This document shows, piece by piece, positions 1 to 11,975 of a DNA stretch of 64,000 bases (the stretch's first letter is position 1; the number at the start of each line of letters is the position of its first letter). The DNA comes from Lama guanicoe (lineage: Eukaryota). The DNA is taken from assembly GCA_013239625.1 (NCBI GenBank), contig MU054187.1:13734974-13798973 (forward strand), written 5' to 3'. Below the pieces are notes generated by a model. It did no database searches. It saw only the letters and a program-made list of their open reading frames with translations, and was not told where the DNA came from. A program made the translations under genes and the position numbers.

Positions 1-35
1 CTCATGATTAGAAAAATGTACCTGTCTATTCTTAG

Positions 36-62
36 AGGACCTGGTTTACTGACCAGACCAGG
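36..62 (+). CDS. 27-nt candidate coding micro-exon of an unidentified gene (penultimate coding exon)
   Basis: Acceptor CTATTCTTAG (AG 34-35) and strong donor CAGG|GTAAGA (GT 63-64). Open in two frames (x-GPGLLTRPG or RTWFTDQTR); the third frame reads DLVY*. The frame cannot be fixed because upstream exons lie outside the window. Confidence 0.6.
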
Positions 63-328
63 GTAAGAGCCATTCTTAACACAAAGACTCTGTCTGTATG
101 CTCATGTGAATTGACCATTCTGATTAAGAAGAAAAATATTTTCAAAATAATTAACAAAGTTGATTCTAGAAGAATTACTGGAATAAAAATACCCTTTTGA
201 TCAAAACATGATTACATAGGGAAAAATAAACCCAGCTGCCAATGTACAATCCATGAACTAACCATAGATTACAATAGATGTTTTAATTTTGGCATTGATT
301 TAGCATTGGTGGTTTTATTCTGTTTCAG

Positions 329-350
329 AATAATCCCCAGAGTTCCATGA
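329..350 (+). CDS. Candidate last coding segment, in a 72-nt exon (329-400). Joined to exon 36-62 it reads ...GPGLLTRPGIIPRVP* (alternative frame ...NNPQSSMTSNNL*, stop 365-367)
   Basis: Acceptor TTTTATTCTGTTTCAG (AG 327-328), donor AAC|GTAAGG (GT 401-402). Stops in all three frames: TAA 331-333, TGA 348-350, TAA 365-367. Confidence 0.5.
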
Positions 351-2107
351 CATCCAATAATCTGTAACGTGGGGAGGCATAAATCTGAATTCTGTATAAC
401 GTAAGGTTGGTCTGTAGTAGCTGGTGACTTTGATAGTGAGCTTAGCTCTTATCACTATCACTGTTGGCCTCACCCAATCTGGTTGTTTTCTCTGATTGTC
501 ATACACACTAATTCTCATTAATTGTTCCTGTATTTTATAGTGGAGATCATGGTATCAGAGAGATTCACACAGGACACATCCTTTATTTAAAATATCCTAC
601 TTAGGTATTCCAAGAGTGATAGAAGCTGTTTAAGGCAAAAGTCAACCTGGAAATTATTCTTGCCCACTAATATTCTGGGTGGTTGTTAAAACCCTTCCTA
701 CCTCAGCAGTGGAGCAGAGAAGGTAAAGAAGTTCCCAGGTCGTGGCAGCCAGCATATTCCACGTAGCATGTGGGCATCTGAGGCAAGCTGCACTTCCTGT
801 ATCTCCAACGCTGTAGTTGATGATAACTTTATAGTTTACAGTTGGCACTTTGAAGGACTTCAGGAGACCGAGACTTCTCTGCAATTGCTCTGTCAGCCTT
901 GATACACAGACCTAACCAATCTAGAATAAAGCAGCTAGATGTGGACCAGAAACAAATGGAGAAGTACGGTAACAGGCAGTGGAAAAGTGGGAGAGGACGA
1001 TGTTTGCCCTCATCCCTCTAGAACTTTCCCAGGAGGCACTAAAAGCTAACATCAGAACTCTATGAGACTCTGCACCTATGTATTATTTATTTATGTCTGT
1101 ATACATCTATGTTGAAGTTAATGCCTTAGCTAATGCAGAAAATGAGTGGATTTTTTTTCCCTTTTAAATCATCCCCTTTCATGTCTTCATAAAGCTTTCA
1201 ATGAAAGAACTCTGGATATTACTAAGGACGGGTACCTGAAGTAGATAGATCCATCTGCTGTTTGTGGTCAAGTTTCTGTGTCTAGGGTGGGCAAACCAGG
1301 TAGCAGCAGCCTTCACCAAGTGGCACCTGAATTTAGAGAGAGAGAGAGAAAAATTGCTCATATACACTTCCACTTCTCCATTAGAGCTATTATGTTATAA
1401 AAACCCACCTGCACAAAAAATGCAGTGAACTTCAACCTGTATTTGTTAATTTACAATAGATGCAACTTTGTCATCCAAATAAGACAGCTCATTCAGAATA
1501 TAAAGTTTTATGATAACCTGATCGGGCATGAAGTTCATGAAAAATGTTCTAGTGGTCCAAGAATAGCAAGAAGTGTTTTCATTAGTCTCCAGGATTTTGT
1601 TTTAGGATGGTAGAGGTCATTGCCACCCTGGATTTCACGCTTTTAGTTATGTCTTGTTGAGTCACTCTTGACACAACCACAAGTATCGAATGCTACTTTA
1701 TATACCTTCTCAAGCCTACGCCACAGCAGTGCCAAGGACGGCCAAGTAATCCCGGTGCAGCTCTGAAGGGAGTTGCCTAATTGGAACATCCTTCACTGCA
1801 GCCAACCTCAGGATATTTGCATATGAATGAAAGAGCTTCCAACCTTCTGATCGTTGTTTTATTTTGAATTGATATAAAACCTAGAGTGCAATTTTTGGAT
1901 ATTGACATGTGGCTGTCTTATCTGGTGTCATCTAAGTGAAACCCACAACCAAATGTGTTTTTCAAATTAGATTTTTTTTTAACATTCATAGTTTAGTTTC
2001 CATCTTAGAGTTACATGTGTCTCTGGCAACTTTCTGTGTAGGACTGTCGAACTTGTACATTGGTGTCCAAACGTGTTGTTTCAGCAAGAATTTTGGTTGA
2101 ATTAGAA

Positions 2108-2113
2108 AATAAA
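2108..2113 (+). promoter_or_regulatory. Candidate polyadenylation signal AATAAA
   Basis: AATAAA with upstream TGTA (~2054) and TG/T-rich sequence downstream, inside the putative 3'UTR. Confidence 0.4.
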
Positions 2114-2527
2114 CTACTGCCACTATCTATGAAGTATAGCAACTGATTTGTCCTGTGATAAATTAGACGTATATCATTAATACAATGGAAAATTTCACAT
2201 TGGGAAACTAGCAGAGGCCGTGCATAGTATCCTTACAGTAAGCACCCTGTTCCATTTTAGTGCAGTTCTTAGTTTAGAGGCAGAAAAACATTAGTAGGCA
2301 ATCTTGTTTTTTAAGAGGTGATAATTTGCTATACTACAGATGGAATGAACTGCATATGCAATGAAAGAAAACATGAAGTAGTAGGCTAGAATCTAGGATA
2401 ACGTGAATTTGCTCTTCCATATTTGCTATGTAAAAAAGCTAGCACATTTTATTATATTTCTTAAGTGAATTCTGCAGGTGTGAAAATTATTGTATTATAT
2501 AAGTAAAGTAATTGCATTATCAGTAAT

Positions 2528-2533
2528 ATTAAA
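2528..2533 (+). promoter_or_regulatory. Candidate distal polyadenylation signal ATTAAA
   Basis: ATTAAA with upstream TGTA (~2492) and downstream T-rich tract (TGTTTT...TTTATTTTT). Confidence 0.35.
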
Positions 2534-4209
2534 ATTCAAAACAAAGATCTGTTTTAAGCACTGATCTTTATTTTTCAAACTCTTGCTCGTGAGCCATTAT
2601 AAATATTTTAAATTGCAGGGAGTGTTTATAAAGTACTAATCACCTGCACTTTTTTTCCCCAAAGTTTTATAATTAGATTATGCATGAGGTAGCTTAAAGG
2701 GGAGCAAACTGTTTTGATAGGCATCTTTTAACCATATATCAGGTACATTTATGTGCTCAAAAAGAGAAATGTTCTATTACAGTTGGAAACATCGTTTTGG
2801 GTTCTGTGTTTACCTGTCTCTGTTAAGTTATCCAACAAATGTCAAAGTATTGAACTTTTCTACCCTGCTGCCCTTTGAGGCATACATCTAAATGGGATTC
2901 TGAAGATCAGAGGACAGTCTCTGCTGTTTATCAGACATTCTGTGAGAAAAAGTCCTCCAAGGCTCCAGGTTGCCACCAGTGGGTACTTTGAAAACATCCA
3001 AATGCCTTTCTCATTGCAGCGCAGCCCAAAGGAAGAAATGTCCTTATTGCTTCCTTGCAGCTCTTACTTCCTCTCTCTGTCTGAGGAGGCTCACCTTGCC
3101 CCGCTCCCCTTTCTACATCACTCCTTCTCGGCTCCTTCACCTGGCTCAGCCCTTCCACAGGAACACAAAAGAAACCCTGTCCTCCTGCCCACACCACATA
3201 CAGCCCTGCCGGTCCCCTCCGGAGTCTTCCTCATCACTGGCTATATTGGTGACACTATCAAACCATTGATTTTTCCATGTAATTTCCTTGCCTCCAGTTG
3301 GATTTCACATTTGTCTTTGTCTGGCTCTAAGTCTTTTCACAAGGTGATATCTACCAGATTTCAATGAAATTGAATGTAGCAGAGTCCAGATTAGAGAAGG
3401 CAGAGAAACCTAAAACATCCAGGCTTCATTTTGCCTTTATAAACAGGTGTTTGTGTTCCTTTATCCTCCAGCATCAGAGTCTGAGAGTAGGCAGACTTTT
3501 TTCTTCTCAACTCTTTAAAAGCAGTATCTAAATAGTCCTTTTCCTCTTTGTTTGAGAGAATCTGATTCCTCACCACCCCCCATGCCCTCTCCTAACGCAT
3601 GAGCTCTGCGTGCACAGATCAAGGTGGTTTTTCCTCCCACTTCCTCACAATAGTTGTCCCTCTCCCCAGAGCCTTCTGTTTGGAGGAGAAATTTAACTCT
3701 GGGGGAAGAGATGGTGGCTTATTGATACCTGATACAGTAACAGATGCTTTTCTTGAAGCTACATTAGATTCTGTTTTCAAAGTCCTCTGTGAGGTCTAGC
3801 TAGAACGTCCTGACGTCATCTGTGTTCTTGCAACACTTAACCCTGTCTCTTATTCTGAGCCAGTTCTTTTCTAACAATATCGCTTCCTTCACAACCTGAA
3901 AAAGAATCAACCTTGTTCCCTGAAGTCCAAAGTCATGAAGTAGAAGCCACATTTTCTCATCCTTTCAGTAATTAGGATGACCTTTGTGTAACAGCAGGAA
4001 GGAAAGAATTTATACTGGGTGCCCGCTGTGTGTCAGACCCTGAACTTGGGGGTTTTTCATGTTGACCATTTACAACAGGCTTCCAACAGAATGGATACAA
4101 ATCCCAACATGCCACTTAGCGAGGGATGACAGACAGGAATTTGATATTTCTGGTTCTCAGCCCTCTAAACTGTGTAATGGATTGTCTTCTCCCAGCACTG
4201 GTATAAAGT

Positions 4210-4411
4210 AGTGCTACGTAAACCATGGCCCATGGGCCAAATCCTGGCTGCTGTCAAGCTTTACTGGAACCCAACTACGCCATTTCTTCATGTGCTGTCT
4301 GGCTACCTTCACACCAGAAAGAGTTGAGTAGCTGTGACAGTGACCTTCTGGCCTATAAAGCTGAAAATATTTACTATCTGGCTCTTTACAGAAAAAGGTT
4401 GCTGACCTCTG
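4210..4411 (+). mobile_element. MER58A-like hAT-Charlie MITE
   Basis: GGCCCATGGGCCAAATCC...GAGTTGAGTAGCTGTGACAG...AAAATATTTACTATCTGGCTCTTTACAGAAAAAGGTTGCTGACCTCTG matches the recalled MER58A consensus. Confidence 0.85.
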
Positions 4412-4439
4412 ATTGGGTCACTTCTGAACTCGAAACCTC

Positions 4440-4990
4440 TTTGATTTCCCATGCTTGCAGCCGAGTTCAGACTCCTGCATTGGCATTTAAGACTCATCAC
4501 AACCCACCTGTCCAGCCACATGCCTTCCCACTCCTCATCCATTACGCTCCAGTTATTCCAGACTGTCCACCATTCCTGAAGACCAGGCTGTTTACTTCAC
4601 TCAACAAGCAGTGCTCTCATGGGCTCCATCCATCCAGAGGGGATGTCTTTTTTTCTCATTTGCGTGTGGTGCCTTGTAAACTGGCTGCAACCACAGCTGC
4701 ACACACCTGGCACGTTCACGTGGACACCACTGCTCTCCTGACCTGGATCGCCCTTTGTCCCTCGTCTGTCCTTCCTTGTGTCTCAGCTCAGATGACCCCT
4801 TTCTGTGAGATCCACCTGACTCCTCTCTTCCTGGTTTCCCCTAGCTCTTTCTTCATACCTGTAATCTCTCTGTGCCACGTCACCTCCCCAGCTAGGTTGT
4901 CACACTTGAGGGATCAGACTACAAACCTTCGTCTTCAATTCCTGACACCTAGTTCCTGGCCACTCAGCACCTACCACCAAATGGCACGGC
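4440..4990 (+). mobile_element. L2 LINE 3' fragment
   Basis: Pyrimidine-rich L2-like motifs ending ...CCTAGTTCCTGGCCACTCAGCAC, resembling the L2 3' terminus. Confidence 0.5.
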
Positions 4991-6399
4991 GGGGCAGACA
5001 TGACAGTAAAACCAGATGTTTCATAATGTGTCTATTTCTCTGTGAAGATGAAACAACATAGAGGTTGAGTATCTCAGCCCAGTGATTAGACCTGAATGAT
5101 GCGAAGTTTGTTTTAGGCAGTTCAAGGAAGCTGAATGTCTTACTCGTTTTAAATGGCTTTATGTTTTTGAAATCGGCTGAGAGCCATAGATGTGGGTTTT
5201 CCATTTTCACATTGTATAAATGCTACATCCAGAATAGCGTGTAGGCTGCTCTGTATGCCACCGAGTTTATGCAGAGAAAGGCATCAGGTGCTGCTGAAAG
5301 GCAAGCTTTCAGAGGCTTTGCTTTGCTGAGATTGCTCATTTCATCTGAACTGCCAGTTCTGGGAACTCTTGTAGTAGGTAAAATGTTCCCTTTGTCTGAA
5401 CCAGGGAAGGAGGGCGTGAGCCGGCCCCCAGGGGACAGGCAGTCCTTCCGTGCCCTCCAGAGCCTGGATAGAGCCTTTCTTTACATTCAGTTATCCACCC
5501 TTTAGAGGATCTTGGTCCCAAGATGTGTTATCCTATTACTCAGGAGAGCCACAAACGTGGAGAGTTCCAAGACTTGAGTTAAGACGTATCTCCAATATGA
5601 TGTCTTTTTGTAGAAATATGATAAGAGTCTGAAAAAATAAATTTTTAAAGGCATAATGTAAAAAAGGGAGATCAGGCGTCTTCGTTTTTACTGCAAAAGC
5701 CGTAATAATCATAATGGTGTCAACTTGAGGGCGAACTTACTTTTATTGTAATCCAAAAGGATATTTTCTGGAAACTTCTATTTTGAATTTTTTGAGATAG
5801 AAATTAAGCATTCTTTTTGTCTCAAAATTGCTTGCTGTCAGCATGCCACTCGGTCTTCAGGTATGTTCAGTTATTATTCTGATATTTCACTGTTCTGATG
5901 GGATTTTCATATTTAATTTTTTAGAAAGAGCCTTTTTAATGCCCTCGTCTCTTAGGAAGTATTTTTGACATGCTTCAGTTTAATAATTCATAAAATTATA
6001 GTTTGAAGGGCTACTTTGTATATAAGAAATCTTTAAGCCTTATATATGTCTTCTCAGAATTTTAATGAGATAGCTGCTAAGAGTAAAATAGTTTTCATTT
6101 GTTAAAGCCTTTGACCTTATCACAGCTTGGTTTTTAAGAGTTTTTAATAGCGTTGTATTCTAATTTAATTCTTTCAATTCTACTGCAAATGGAAACTGTC
6201 AAGTTAAAGTATGTTTTCAGTTCTGCTGTTAATTACTTGTGCATTGACCAGAGGAAAAGGCATCTTTGAAGAGATCACAAGATTTTATGGGAGACAAGCT
6301 TGATAGATATAAAATGATCGGAGAATGTTCTTTATAACCACAAATTTGAGTAAGCTTCCATTCTGTGTGACATTTGGGATTTCAGAGGCAGGATCTGAT

Positions 6400-6720
6400 T
6401 GTGTCAATTTTTAACAGGTAGGGAAAGCTTTGTAAATGAGAGAGAATCAAATCGGAAAGATAGAAAAATACTTGGAGAAGAGGGGGAAAGCATAAACAAA
6501 GGCAAAAAAAGAGAGGGATTTAAGGTGCTCGATGCATGTACGGGACATTAGGGAAACTCTGTAGTAGCAATTAGGTTGGAAGGGTCAGGGAGGGCCAGGT
6601 ACTGCTCTGGCTTGGGTGCCCACCTGAGAGTCTGTGCTCGCACAGAAGGTCATAGATGGGTGATGTTTGGGCCTGTACCTGTCAGTGGCTGGTGGAAAAC
6701 TGCTAGGGAGGTGGGGTGAC
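6400..6720 (-). mobile_element. L2 fragment
   Basis: Purine-rich antisense L2-like stretch (GGGAAAGCTTTG...AGCATAAACAAAGGC...GGAGGGCCAGG). Confidence 0.4.
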
Positions 6721-6721
6721 A

Positions 6722-6940
6722 CAGTGGTGAGGAGCATAAGCCATAGGGGTAAGGTGACCTTGGGGTAGAGGACTCACTCTGCCACTGACCAACTTGGTGA
6801 CCTTGCTAAGCCTCAGATTCCCAGCAGAGTAGTGGAGAGGATACAATGCACTTATTGTAAAGATTAAATGAACTAGTTAGCTGAATCTCTGGTGCACAAG
6901 CACACCTAGAATATATTACATATTAGTGTTATTATTATTA
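6722..6940 (+). mobile_element. MIR SINE
   Basis: CAGTGGTGAGGAGCAT...CTCTGCCACTGACC...GTGACCTTG...GCCTCAGATTCC...GTAAAGATTAAATGA...TATTATTATTA. Confidence 0.75.
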
Positions 6941-8029
6941 CCAGTTTTACTCAAAAGAATTTATTTTGAACTATCATCAAGAGGAATTTTTTCCTGTAAA
7001 TATTGGGTATTCTTCTGTTGCACGTTGAGTAGTTTTATTAGACTGTGGAGACAACATCTGTGTACAGGGAACAAACTATTTTCATCTCATTTTTAGCACC
7101 AAACCCCTTAAGAGCAACGAATTGAATTAATGTTTATTGATTTGTCCAAATTTTCATGACAGTGATACTTTAGATAAGTGGAACCTGGAATATAAATTAA
7201 AATTTAAATCTTAAAAAGGTTATTTTGGGGAAATGGATCCTATTAATGGAAATGATGAAAATAAAAAGAATGAACAGACCATTCCAAAGTTTGATTACAG
7301 TGGAGTCTTTGTGTTTATTGCTTCTCCTGATGGTTGCCTTCGTGTTAATCACCAATATTAATATAGCTGCCTGGAAGTTGAGCTGCTAGAAATAGTTCTA
7401 TTCTTATTCACAGACAGCGCCTCTGCTTTGAGAGACGGAAGTGATCAGACTACCACTTTGTGCTTTCCGGTTGGGCTCATTGGCTCATATTTCTTATCTA
7501 AGTATCTGTTAGTAGGGTATGAAATTGACCACAGATCACTGACCTCCTAAATCCCTGTCATTATGATTCATTAACAGTAATATGTTTGATTGCAAATAAT
7601 ATTTGGCTCAGGAAGAATTGGATTCAAAGTAAATGTTGTCTCAGCTATAAAATTTCCACCCTGAACTTCAAAAACTCCCAAGTTTGTTGGGAGCGGTTAA
7701 AAGTGGTTTCTATCACTCATAGAAAATAAATGATTTTTAATTACTAGTTTTTCATGAAGAACCACATCTTCCAAGCTTAAGACCGAGACAGGTATTTGGC
7801 ACAGCATTTGTTTCCTGATGTGTACATTTAAAATAAAACAATAAAATTATAAAAGAATCAAGATACCAGATTTTTAAATTGAGATTAGCACTGAAGAAAC
7901 CATCGTCTTGACTAAGAACATTCATTATTGGTCTCATTTCCCCTAAATTATTTAACGCATCTTACAGAGATATCTAACACTGCAGGATAATAAATGACTG
8001 AATGCACTGTAAGTACATAGGTTGATCAA

Positions 8030-8160
8030 CTAGATGGAAAGATAGACTAAATAGAAAGACAGAATAGATAAATCGAGAGATAGAATAGATAGATAATGAA
8101 GTAGATTGATAACTACATAGATAGCTAGGTGGATGTATAGATTAATAGATGGATAGATAA
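8030..8160. repeat. Degenerate (GATA/TAGA)n simple repeat
   Basis: Repeated TAGA/GATA units visible directly. Confidence 0.7.
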
Positions 8161-8399
8161 AAGACAAAAATGGCAAAAAGGAAATATGCTTAGAAAAATA
8201 ATGAGGAAATTGGGGTGATTAGCATATAAAATCTTCATGACACAAGTGCCTCTTGTAATTGGTGCAACAGGGCAACAGGCTTGGAACATTCTTAATGCTA
8301 AAGCAAATCGGAAAACACATAAAAAGAACAAAATTACATAAAATCTGCACAGGCAGGCAAGGAAGGAGGAGTGCATGGTCAGCTCTTCAGATGACCAAA

Positions 8400-9060
8400 A
8401 TAAAGCAAGAAGCAATGTTAGGGAGTGACTGGGGCCTGATGCTTCCATTTTAAATAGGCTTTCCAGGGAAGGCTTCACTGGAAATGTTATTTTTGAACCA
8501 AGTTCCACAGAACTGAAGGAGACCTGTGGATGTCGGGGGGAGAGGGTTCCCGGCAGTGGTGGGTGCATGACTGGCAGTCGTGGTCCTCACCCTGGGGTGG
8601 TTTTGTACTTTGGGGACCCTTTGCAATGTCAGGGGGAGGTTTTGGTCTTCAGCTTTGGGGGAGGGATGCTGACCTCATCCAGTGGGGGGAGGCCAGCAAA
8701 GCTGCTCCGTCTCCTCCAGTGCCCAGGACAGCCCACAACAAAGACCTGTCTAGTCCAAGGTGCCAGTAGTGCTCAGGTTGAAAAACCTGGTCCAGTACAA
8801 GGAGGCTACAGTGCCGTGAGCCTGGGGGAGCGTAGGAGGGGGATGGGGTGAGAGACAGAAGGGGCTTCCAGATCCTGCAGGGCCTTGTCAGCTCTTCCAC
8901 TCGTCTGTGAGGGAGAATGGGGACCAGGGGAGAGTTCTGAGCAGTGATGATCTGAGCCACAGGGTCACAGGCCCACCCTAGCTCCTGTGTTGAAAACGGA
9001 CTTTAGCAAGAGGAGAAGATGAAGCTGGGGACTCTTGTGATAATTCTGGAGAGGGACCGA
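8400..9060 (-). mobile_element. L2 fragment interrupted by MER20
   Basis: Antisense L2 motifs (CAGGGAAGGCTTCACTGG; CCAGATCCTGCAGGGCCTTG; TGATGATCTGA) on both sides of the MER20. Confidence 0.65.
8578..8790 (+). mobile_element. MER20 hAT-Charlie MITE
   Basis: GGGGACCCTTTGCAATGTC...GAGGCCAG...CAGGACAGCCCACAACAAAGA...AGTGCTCAGGTTGAAAAACCTG matches recalled MER20. Confidence 0.85.
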
Positions 9061-10124
9061 ATCACATGAAATGACAAAATTACACAGAATGAATGAGTAT
9101 GTTATTTATTCAACAAAATAGCATCCAGAATATTGTCATCTTAAATCTGCGATTTATTTTTTTAAACTATGGAGAAATATTGCCATCTTTCAAAATTTAG
9201 GTTTCAACAGTTAATAGAATATCTCAGGGGGAAAAAAAGAAACCAAGAACTAACCTCTTTCATGCCTAAACCTGTTTAAGAATGCTAATAACGAGATTTG
9301 TCCTCAGCTAGCCTTATAACTAATTAACTGGTTTGGTGCCATCTGAAAACATGAGCATTTAGAGAAAAATAAAACCAGGCACAGATGAACCCAGATACCT
9401 TTTTGAGGGGCATCTAAGAAGGATTGTCTAAAGAAGATCAATCAGAGAAGATAGACAAAAACAGATTTTTTAAAAAAGGCAAGTCTAGACACAGGTAAAT
9501 ATGAGGACCTGCATGAAACCAGGGAAATCCAGAATCAAGGAGGTGCCATGGAAGTTACTTGGCTTCAGTGCTTAGTCGTGGCTCAGAACTGATGTCCGTA
9601 AGGGCCTTCTCCCACCTCAGCTCCCAGGGCTAATTCGATTCAAATGGAAGACGCATTTTTCTCTTATTTTTATTATAAATAAATGTATTGTATATTTACA
9701 CGTTTGAGTATGTATATTTTAAATATTTCGTTAGTTATAATAGCGGTAATGATTTATAGGAAGTGAAAAAATATTAAAATTTCGACCAGATTGAGAGACC
9801 CATAGGAGGGTCCACCTGCTGGCAATATTATAAGCCACTCCCCACCCCCTGTACAGGAATGTGGACTGTCTCTCGGGAAAGCCACAGCAAATATCTGTGT
9901 AATCTTGATTCACAGAGCGAGTGACACATCGCTGTTCCTACTGTATGAGAAAGGCATGGTCTAATACATTAACAGTGTTTCAGATCTTGGAACACACTTT
10001 GGTGTTTGCTTTGTGGTTACTTGCTACTGACAAAAATGACCACGCAGAGCTGTTGAAGATGCAAAAGCCTTTGCGCCTTTCTCTGTGTCCAACTCTCTTG
10101 GCTCCCTTACTCTGGATTACTACA

Positions 10125-10378
10125 GTGAGCGTGCCAGGGTGAAGACTGGCCTCTGGAGCCTCAACCTTGCAAATCATGGCTCTGGGCCTGGAGGAAAGGC
10201 TGGTCCTTCAGGCACGGAACCACTTAGTGCCTTGTGCTTCTCATCTGGAACGTGGGTGGTCGCCGTCCTGGCTCACAGGTCCTGCTGAGGACTGAATGGC
10301 TTAATGCATGCCACGTGGCTTTGCAGAATACCTGGCTAACAGGAAGCACTGAATGAGGGGCTTTGTTGTTATTATTAG
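10125..10378 (+). mobile_element. MIR SINE (unusually GC-rich copy)
   Basis: CTCTGGAGCC...CTTCTCATCTGGAA...CTCACAGG...TGAGGACTGAATG...CCTGGC...GCACT...TTATTATTAG. Confidence 0.75.
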
Positions 10379-10666
10379 TTTCAGTCCCTGGCCAAGTGGC
10401 AGAGTGTACGCGAAAGATGTGATCAAGCTCTGTGAGCAACTCTCAGGGAACAGGAAGAAAAGTTGCAAGTAATTCCCTTGGAATTGTTTATATTTAAATC
10501 AGTAAAGTTTTCCTGTAAGAAATCACCATGCATTTAGTCATCTGCTTCTTAATTGAATCTTTTGTGGCTATGTGTTCCTATTCCCAATTAGATCTTAAAT
10601 AGACTGAATGTCCTGCTCCATATTTCCTTCTCTCTCTAATACTCAAATTAGTATTACAGTGTGGTG

Positions 10667-10876
10667 ACTATATATAAAACAAACAACAAGGACCTACTGT
10701 ACAGTGCAGGGAACTATATTCAATCTCTTATAATAATCTATAATGGAAAAGAATGCCTCTGAAAAAGAATATATATATGTATATGTAGAATTGAATCACT
10801 TTGCTGTAATCCAGAAACTAACACAGCATTATAAATCAACTATACTTCAATAACAAAAAGTACACGCACAAAAAGA
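10667..10876 (+). mobile_element. 5'-truncated cetartiodactyl-type L1 3' end with TSD
   Basis: AACAACAAGGACCTACTGTACAGTGCAGGGAACTATATTCAA...GAAACTAACACAGCATTATAAATCAACTATACTTCAATAA. TSD TATTACAGTGTGGTG (10652-10666) / TATTCCAGTGTGATG (10877-10891). Confidence 0.85.
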
Positions 10877-11799
10877 TATTCCAGTGTGATGCAAAGCATT
10901 AAGCATATGATCAGCAAATGCTTAGTTTTTGAATGTTTTCTTTAAAAACAAATTATATCGATGGTGAAAAAAAGGGAAAAAATTAAGATTTTTCTACATA
11001 AGCAATTATGATAGAATATGATTTCTTGTAACAGGCATCTGCTGGGTTTTTCTGAGCAGGTTTGGAAAATACCTTATTTCAGCCAAATAATGGCAGTGGA
11101 CATTTGTTTGAATTTGTCATTTGATATTTTTCAAATCTTTATTTTCAAGAAAGAAAGAAAACTGACAGTTTGAAAAGGCAATAGTCTGAAACATTTAAAA
11201 GGGTATGGCATTTCTATCAGATCTCTTCCAAAAATTAATTGCTCTCTCAATCTGAGTAGACTTTTATATTAACCCATCAGCATTCCTGAAAAGTGTTTCA
11301 TACCGATGTTTCTCCATGTGGAGCAGAAGAAATGTCCACACTACCAGATGCCTCAGGCTTAGCAGAACTCTTACATTTCTGTCCCCTACCTCCTTACTGC
11401 AGAACAGAGAAACTTCTACAAAATTGACTGCTTGGAAATACATCAGGCTAGTTACCAATGCAGAACCCATTACTGCAGTCTGTTCTACTTTGAAAGACTA
11501 TGTCTGAGGAATGACAATGGTAGCTTCCATTTGTAGGTGCTTCTTTATTGCTGAGATTAAAGATGGAGTTCCAGGTGGTACTTATATTGGAATTTCTTTT
11601 TATACATAAGCTCTAAGGTAATTCAACTAGTTCCTCAAAAAGATAATAAAATGTATCAATTGATATCATTTTTGAAACAAATGTGTTGAGCATTCTGTAA
11701 TTTCTGCACTTATTTAAAGAAAAATTTTCGTAGAAAAGAACGCAGGACCATGATGACATGATGATGCAGAAGGATACAGTGCGTGGGAGAGAGACAAGC

Positions 11800-11975
11800 G
11801 TTAATTGTCCACCATGATACTTTCCACGTTATCTGATTTCAGCCACACAGCCCAAAGCTCTTTTACTTACTTTTGAGGATGAAAAACTAAAGCTGAGAGA
11901 GATTAAGAAACAACCAGAAAATCCAGAGCATTTTCAAACTTCCAATCTTGGTTTGAGTGACTCCATCACTGGCGC
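11800..11975 (-). mobile_element. MIR fragment
   Basis: TTTTGAGGATGAAAAACTAAAGCTGAGAGAGATTAAG antisense MIR core. Confidence 0.6.

Larger units (their letters stand above)
541..2550 (+). other. Terminal exon / 3'UTR of the same gene (3' end approximate)
   Basis: Acceptor TTGTTCCTGTATTTTATAG (AG 539-540) with branch-like ACTAAT at 507-512. Repeat-free AT-rich sequence with an ARE (1083-1093), miRNA seed matches and poly(A) signals at 925, 2108 and 2528. Confidence 0.55.

Noticed and set aside
36..400. Assigning a gene symbol, or kinesin identity from the PGIIPR motif
   Set aside because: The motif is followed within two residues by a stop and lacks kinesin context, and I do not recognise the C-terminus with confidence.
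2685..2700. TGAGGTAG (let-7 5' end) as a miRNA gene
   Set aside because: Only the first 8 nt match; the rest of mature let-7 and a hairpin partner are absent.
4225..5061. Longest ORF (278 aa)
   Set aside because: It runs through a MER58A and an L2 fragment, has no recognisable domain, and is best explained as a chance open frame in C/T-rich repeat DNA.
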